Made by a program: the position numbers and the translations under genes. The notes under the pieces were generated by a model. The model saw nothing but the letters and a program-made list of their open reading frames with translations. It made no database searches and was not told where the DNA came from. A DNA stretch of 64,000 nucleotides from Peptococcaceae bacterium UBA5755. GTDB taxonomy: Bacteria; Bacillota; Dehalobacteriia; UBA4068; UBA5755. The stretch lies in assembly GCA_002419005.1 (NCBI GenBank), contig DIFF01000012.1, forward strand, positions 500,241 to 564,240, written 5' to 3'. Position 1 is the stretch's first letter, and the number at the start of each line of letters is the position of its first letter. Positions 60,691 to 64,000 of this stretch are shown piece after piece.

Positions 60691-61365
60691 TTAATTAATG
60701 GTTTTGCCTCTGTCCCCACCAAAAATACACTGCTCTTGGGTGCAGCCATTGCAATTTTGCTGCTGTTTTTTTTCTTTCTCATCAGCTATGCCAATTATGG
60801 CTGTTATGCTTTTGGCAGGTACCATCATGTAGCCTTCCGTTAAAGAAAGCCCTATTCTTTTCTCGCACTCTAGTATTTTAAAAATATCTTTTTGATATTT
60901 CAGACTAAAATCACCATAACCCGGGCTAAAACGAGGCCGCAATTTTTGCCAAAAAAAACCGTGCTCTTTTTTTATTTGCTCTTCTAGGTCATCACAAACC
61001 TGTTCTATTGTAGCAGCCCCAACAGCCTGAAAAATTGCCGCCTTAGCCAGGTTGGTGATAGCATACCGCCGGGCAAGCTTGTCCCATTTTTGGCCCAAAG
61101 TAACCGCCATAAGGATGGCTTTTTTGCAACCCGTCAGATTTTTGTACAAATCATCACTTACTATTTTCATATCGCCCAGCAAAATAATATTGCCGGCTTG
61201 TAAGATACAGGGAAAAACTTGATAAATGCTCTTTGAATCAAAAACCTCCGCCGCCTCAAGCAAAACTTCTTCCATTAGCTTTTGGGTCGCAGTATCTGCC
61301 GCTTTGCCGCCATAGCCTAAATATCGCAACACCTCTTCTTTTTTTATATTTATTTTCGTTGTCAT
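60691..61365 (-). CDS. methionine synthase reactivation (AdoMet-binding) domain protein encoded separately from MetH
   Basis: 224 aa, collinear with the C-terminal activation domain of MetH. It lies immediately upstream of metH on the same strand. Confidence 0.7.
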   Translation of the reverse strand: MTTKINIKKEEVLRYLGYGGKAADTATQKLMEEVLLEAAEVFDSKSIYQVFPCILQAGNIILLGDMKIVSDDLYKNLTGCKKAILMAVTLGQKWDKLARRYAITNLAKAAIFQAVGAATIEQVCDDLEEQIKKEHGFFWQKLRPRFSPGYGDFSLKYQKDIFKILECEKRIGLSLTEGYMMVPAKSITAIIGIADEKEKKQQQNCNGCTQEQCIFGGDRGKTIN

Positions 61366-61382
61366 AATTTTTACCCCAATTA

Positions 61383-62255
61383 TTACTCTTTTATATGTAT
61401 GTGAGACAAATTGGCAAAAATTTTGCCCGCCACATCCGGCTTGTTCATAGTGTATATGTGGATGTTTTTTACCCCTTGCCGCAGCAGGTCCAAAATTTGC
61501 TCTGTAGCATAGGCAATGCCGGCATCCCGCATGGAATCGTCATCGTGGCCAAATTTTTCTACCAACGCCATGAGCTTCGGCGGCAAAGCCATGCCGGAAA
61601 GCTCACACGTTCTTTTTATTTGTTTGCTGTTGGTAACCGGCATTATGCCGGCCACGATCGGGATATCTACACCTCTTTTTTGGGCTTTTTCTAAAAAGTT
61701 GTAAAGAACTTCATTTTCAAAAAACATTTGGGTAGTTAAAAACTCGCAACCAGCCGCCATTTTACGAAGCAGATTGTCAATATCATGTTTTAACGAGGGG
61801 CTTTCCGGGTGCCCCTGAGGATAACAAGCTCCACCAATGCAAAAGCCGTATTCGGCAGATATTTTAGACATCAGGTCTGAGGCATGAACATATTGGTTTA
61901 CCAAAGGAAAAACCTCACCCCGGGTAATATCACCTCTTAAGGCCAAAATATTAACTATATTTTTTTCTTTCAGCCGCTCCAGCTGATCTTCAATGCTATT
62001 TTTGTTGGCCGAAACACAAGTAAGATGAGCTAAGGCCAAAATACCATTGGTATTTTGCACCTCGTCGGCGATATCTATGGTGTGCTGGGCAGTACTGCCG
62101 CCTGCTCCATAGGTTACACTTATGAAGGATGGTTTTAAAAGTGCTATCTCTTTTACTATTTTTTTGGCATTCACAAGCTGAGTTCTTTCCTTGGGGGGAA
62201 AAAGTTCACAAGAAATGCTAGGTTTTTCTGACAACAAAAGTTGGGTTATTTTCAT
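61383..62255 (-). CDS. metF: 5,10-methylenetetrahydrofolate reductase
   Basis: The MetF motifs are ISVTYGAGGST and LAHLTCV. The RBS is AGAGGT. Confidence 0.9.
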   Translation of the reverse strand: MKITQLLLSEKPSISCELFPPKERTQLVNAKKIVKEIALLKPSFISVTYGAGGSTAQHTIDIADEVQNTNGILALAHLTCVSANKNSIEDQLERLKEKNIVNILALRGDITRGEVFPLVNQYVHASDLMSKISAEYGFCIGGACYPQGHPESPSLKHDIDNLLRKMAAGCEFLTTQMFFENEVLYNFLEKAQKRGVDIPIVAGIMPVTNSKQIKRTCELSGMALPPKLMALVEKFGHDDDSMRDAGIAYATEQILDLLRQGVKNIHIYTMNKPDVAGKIFANLSHIHIKE

Positions 62256-62690
62256 GGAATTTTACCTCTTTAGTTTGTAAGTTAAAAAGCCTTTTAAATT
62301 AAAAAGCCTTTTTACTCAAGAACATTATAGCACATTTTATGCATGAAATGGTTCTAAATAATACTAGAACACATATGTAAACAAATTAATTTGCCTCAAC
62401 CCAAGGCAACATCAAGAATCATCATTAAAACAAAGCCCATGGCTGCCCCAATTGCGCCAATATTAGAATGCCCCTCTGTTTGAGCATCAGGAATCAGCTC
62501 ACCATCTCTGTTGATGTTCTTACAAAATAATTATATATTATGCTTGTGTTACCTACAACAAAATATTAAAAAGATATTTTGTTTACCATATCCTCTCTAA
62601 AAAAAATTTTGCCAATTTTTGGCCGGGCTGTTCTTTTTTTTGGTTAAAGCCATATATATTTTGTAAAAGCCTGTTAGGAGAGGACGAAGG

Positions 62691-62963
62691 ATGCAGGATT
62701 ATATTCAAAAAAGAGTGTTGGAAATCAGCCACTACATCATCGAAAGCTCGGCCACAGTGCGCCAAACTGCCAGTGTTTTTGGCATTAGCAAGAGTACCGT
62801 ACATAAAGATGTCACAGAACGTTTACCCATGATTAATGAGGTAATAGCAGCCAGAGTAAGGGATATTTTAGAAAACAATAAAGCTCAGCGGCACCTTCGA
62901 GGAGGCGAAGCAACCCGGCAAAAATACCGTCATCAAAGGGAAGAAACTCGCAATCAATTATAA
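62691..62963 (+). CDS. spoIIID: stage III sporulation protein D
   Basis: ISKSTVHKDVTERLP...HLRGGEATR is near-identical in pattern to B. subtilis SpoIIID. The RBS is AGGAGAGGA. Confidence 0.9.
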   Translation: MQDYIQKRVLEISHYIIESSATVRQTASVFGISKSTVHKDVTERLPMINEVIAARVRDILENNKAQRHLRGGEATRQKYRHQREETRNQL

Positions 62964-62980
62964 ATATTTCTAAAATAAAT

Positions 62981-63012
62981 AAAAGCGCCTTAAACATAAG
63001 GCGCTTTTATTT
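62981..63012. terminator. bidirectional terminator (spoIIID and ACP)
   Basis: AAAAGCGCCTTA-AACAT-AAGGCGCTTTT is flanked by T-runs. Confidence 0.8.
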
Positions 63013-63015
63013 ATT

Positions 63016-63246
63016 TTAGAGGGCAATTTTTTTTACTTCTGTTAAATACTCTATTAAATCATTTACTGTATTAATATGCCAAATATCTCGGGTGGGAATT
63101 TCAATATTAAAGCGGATTTCTAAGGCACAAATTATGTTCACCACATCAAAAGAGTTTAAATGTAAGTCCTTTATAAAATCAGTTTCCAAACTAACGTAGG
63201 AAACACCTATCACCTCTTTTAATATTTCTTTTATTATTTCTAACAT
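63016..63246 (-). CDS. acyl/peptidyl carrier protein
   Basis: 76 aa. The phosphopantetheine site is DLHLNSFD. Confidence 0.75.
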   Translation of the reverse strand: MLEIIKEILKEVIGVSYVSLETDFIKDLHLNSFDVVNIICALEIRFNIEIPTRDIWHINTVNDLIEYLTEVKKIAL

Positions 63247-63258
63247 ATTTTTGCTCCT

Positions 63259-64000
63259 TCACTGATTATAGCGTTTTATTTTATGAGTACTTGTTTTGGC
63301 AAATTCACTCTTTTTCAGTTTAACCTGATTTATTTTTTTATAAGTGGGCAAATTTCGGTTTATGATTTCTATATCCCTTTTTATTTGTGAAAGCACTTGA
63401 TAATCCGAAAGACCTTCTGTTTTTTCTGGGTCAGGGTAAACTAAAACCGCTATTACTGTATCCCCTTTTTGCTGCCCCGTTTCGGAGCCATAAACCATGC
63501 ACTCCTTTACCCAAGGTATGCCCAACACATATTCTTCTATTTCTTCAGGTGAAACTTTTTTACCGGTGTTAAAAACTACTAAATCTTTGATGCGGCCGGT
63601 GATGAACAAAAAACCTTCTTTATCTATGTAACCCATATCACCTGTTTTAAACCACCCGTCTTCAAAGGCCTCCTCTGTTAATTTCGGTTCTTTATAATAA
63701 CCAAGCATCACATTGTCACCTTTCACCAAAATCTCATCATTTTCTATTTTTACCTGGCAGTAGGATACGGGTAAACCTATGGAGCCAAATTTTGATAGTT
63801 CATTACGGTTTACTGAGACCAAAGGTGAGCATTCTGTTATGCCATAGCCCTGTATAATTTGAATGCCGATAGCATTAAAATTTTCTATTATGTTGTTGTT
63901 TAAAAAAGCTCCACCGCTAACTATTTTTTTAAGATTGTGACCTGCCAGAGTAAAATTTATATCTTTTAAAAAACTTGGTTGGCTCGCTCGGCCAAGTTTA
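63259..64000 (-). CDS. AMP-dependent synthetase/ligase (acyl-CoA / acyl-carrier ligase). The 3' part of the gene (C-terminal portion of the protein) is shown; the N-terminus and start codon lie beyond the window end.
   Basis: The C-terminal AMP-binding motifs are GWFKTGDMGYIDKEGFLFITGRIKD...K. The frame is open to the end of the window. Confidence 0.75.
   Translation of the reverse strand, partial: KLGRASQPSFLKDINFTLAGHNLKKIVSGGAFLNNNIIENFNAIGIQIIQGYGITECSPLVSVNRNELSKFGSIGLPVSYCQVKIENDEILVKGDNVMLGYYKEPKLTEEAFEDGWFKTGDMGYIDKEGFLFITGRIKDLVVFNTGKKVSPEEIEEYVLGIPWVKECMVYGSETGQQKGDTVIAVLVYPDPEKTEGLSDYQVLSQIKRDIEIINRNLPTYKKINQVKLKKSEFAKTSTHKIKRYNQ

Noticed and set aside
62256-62690. An expected SAM-I riboswitch (S-box) or T-box upstream of metF
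   Set aside because: The minus-strand leader lacks the conserved S-box core (GGTGGAGGGA...GCCC...GAAACC...GGCAACC...AATTCC) and the T-box AGGGTGGNACCGCG motif. Only a partial resemblance around GGCGCAATTGGGGCAGCC was seen.

Overview
This 64-kb window is chromosomal DNA from a Firmicutes/Clostridia-type bacterium. It is probably a spore-former, because spoIIID is present. Ribosome-binding sites are GGAGG-like, TTG/GTG starts occur, and AT-rich intergenic regions alternate with GC-richer housekeeping genes. Reading left to right the window contains the following.

- (1) An AT-rich type IV pilus locus. It has two tandem PilX_N-like minor-pilin paralogs, an embedded sigma-70-family sigma factor, pilT, pilB, pilD and a divergent major pilin. 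pilC and pilMNO are absent; in their place are two co-transcribed genes with no named homologs. One is a 730-aa protein with a TolQ/ExbB/MotA-like 3-TM head and a roughly 540-aa coiled-coil tail, which is a ZorA-like architecture. The other is a soluble 436-aa partner.
- (2) A zinc-ribbon gene, cspA, and a DNA-repair block: uvrB-uvrA-uvrC, a Cof hydrolase and radA. Rubrerythrin and ychF follow.
- (3) A membrane GGDEF(degenerate)-EAL phosphodiesterase whose promoter carries a (TATGG)9 pentanucleotide repeat.
- (4) A UbiD/UbiX (prFMN) decarboxylase operon interleaved with a TAXI-TRAP transporter. It also encodes a small UbiX-adjacent protein and, upstream, an unusual cytoplasmic HTH-TAXI fusion protein that may be a ligand-sensing regulator.
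- (5) A GGDEF cyclase, an AbrB-like/ABC transporter module, Hsp20, a C11-like peptidase (possibly frameshifted), a PAP2 pseudogene remnant, GT2-GtrA and phosphodiester-glycosidase genes, and gdhA.
- (6) A DtxR-family regulator with a near-perfect iron-box palindrome upstream of feoA-feoA-feoB plus a Cys-rich FeoB-associated peptide, followed by a Fic gene.
- (7) A GC-richer arsenic/thiol-redox island on the minus strand: arsR, an ArsP-like permease, ferredoxin-DUF2703, a TlpA-like protein, ccdA, redox-active disulfide protein 2, two half-size permeases, a decayed ACR3, and arsC.
- (8) tRNA-Ser(CGA), tadA, luxS, a CMD-family protein and VanY. The methionine genes follow: a split metH, its separate activation-domain protein, and metF. 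spoIIID, an ACP and a partial AMP-ligase end the window.

No CRISPR array, rRNA or obvious IS element is present.
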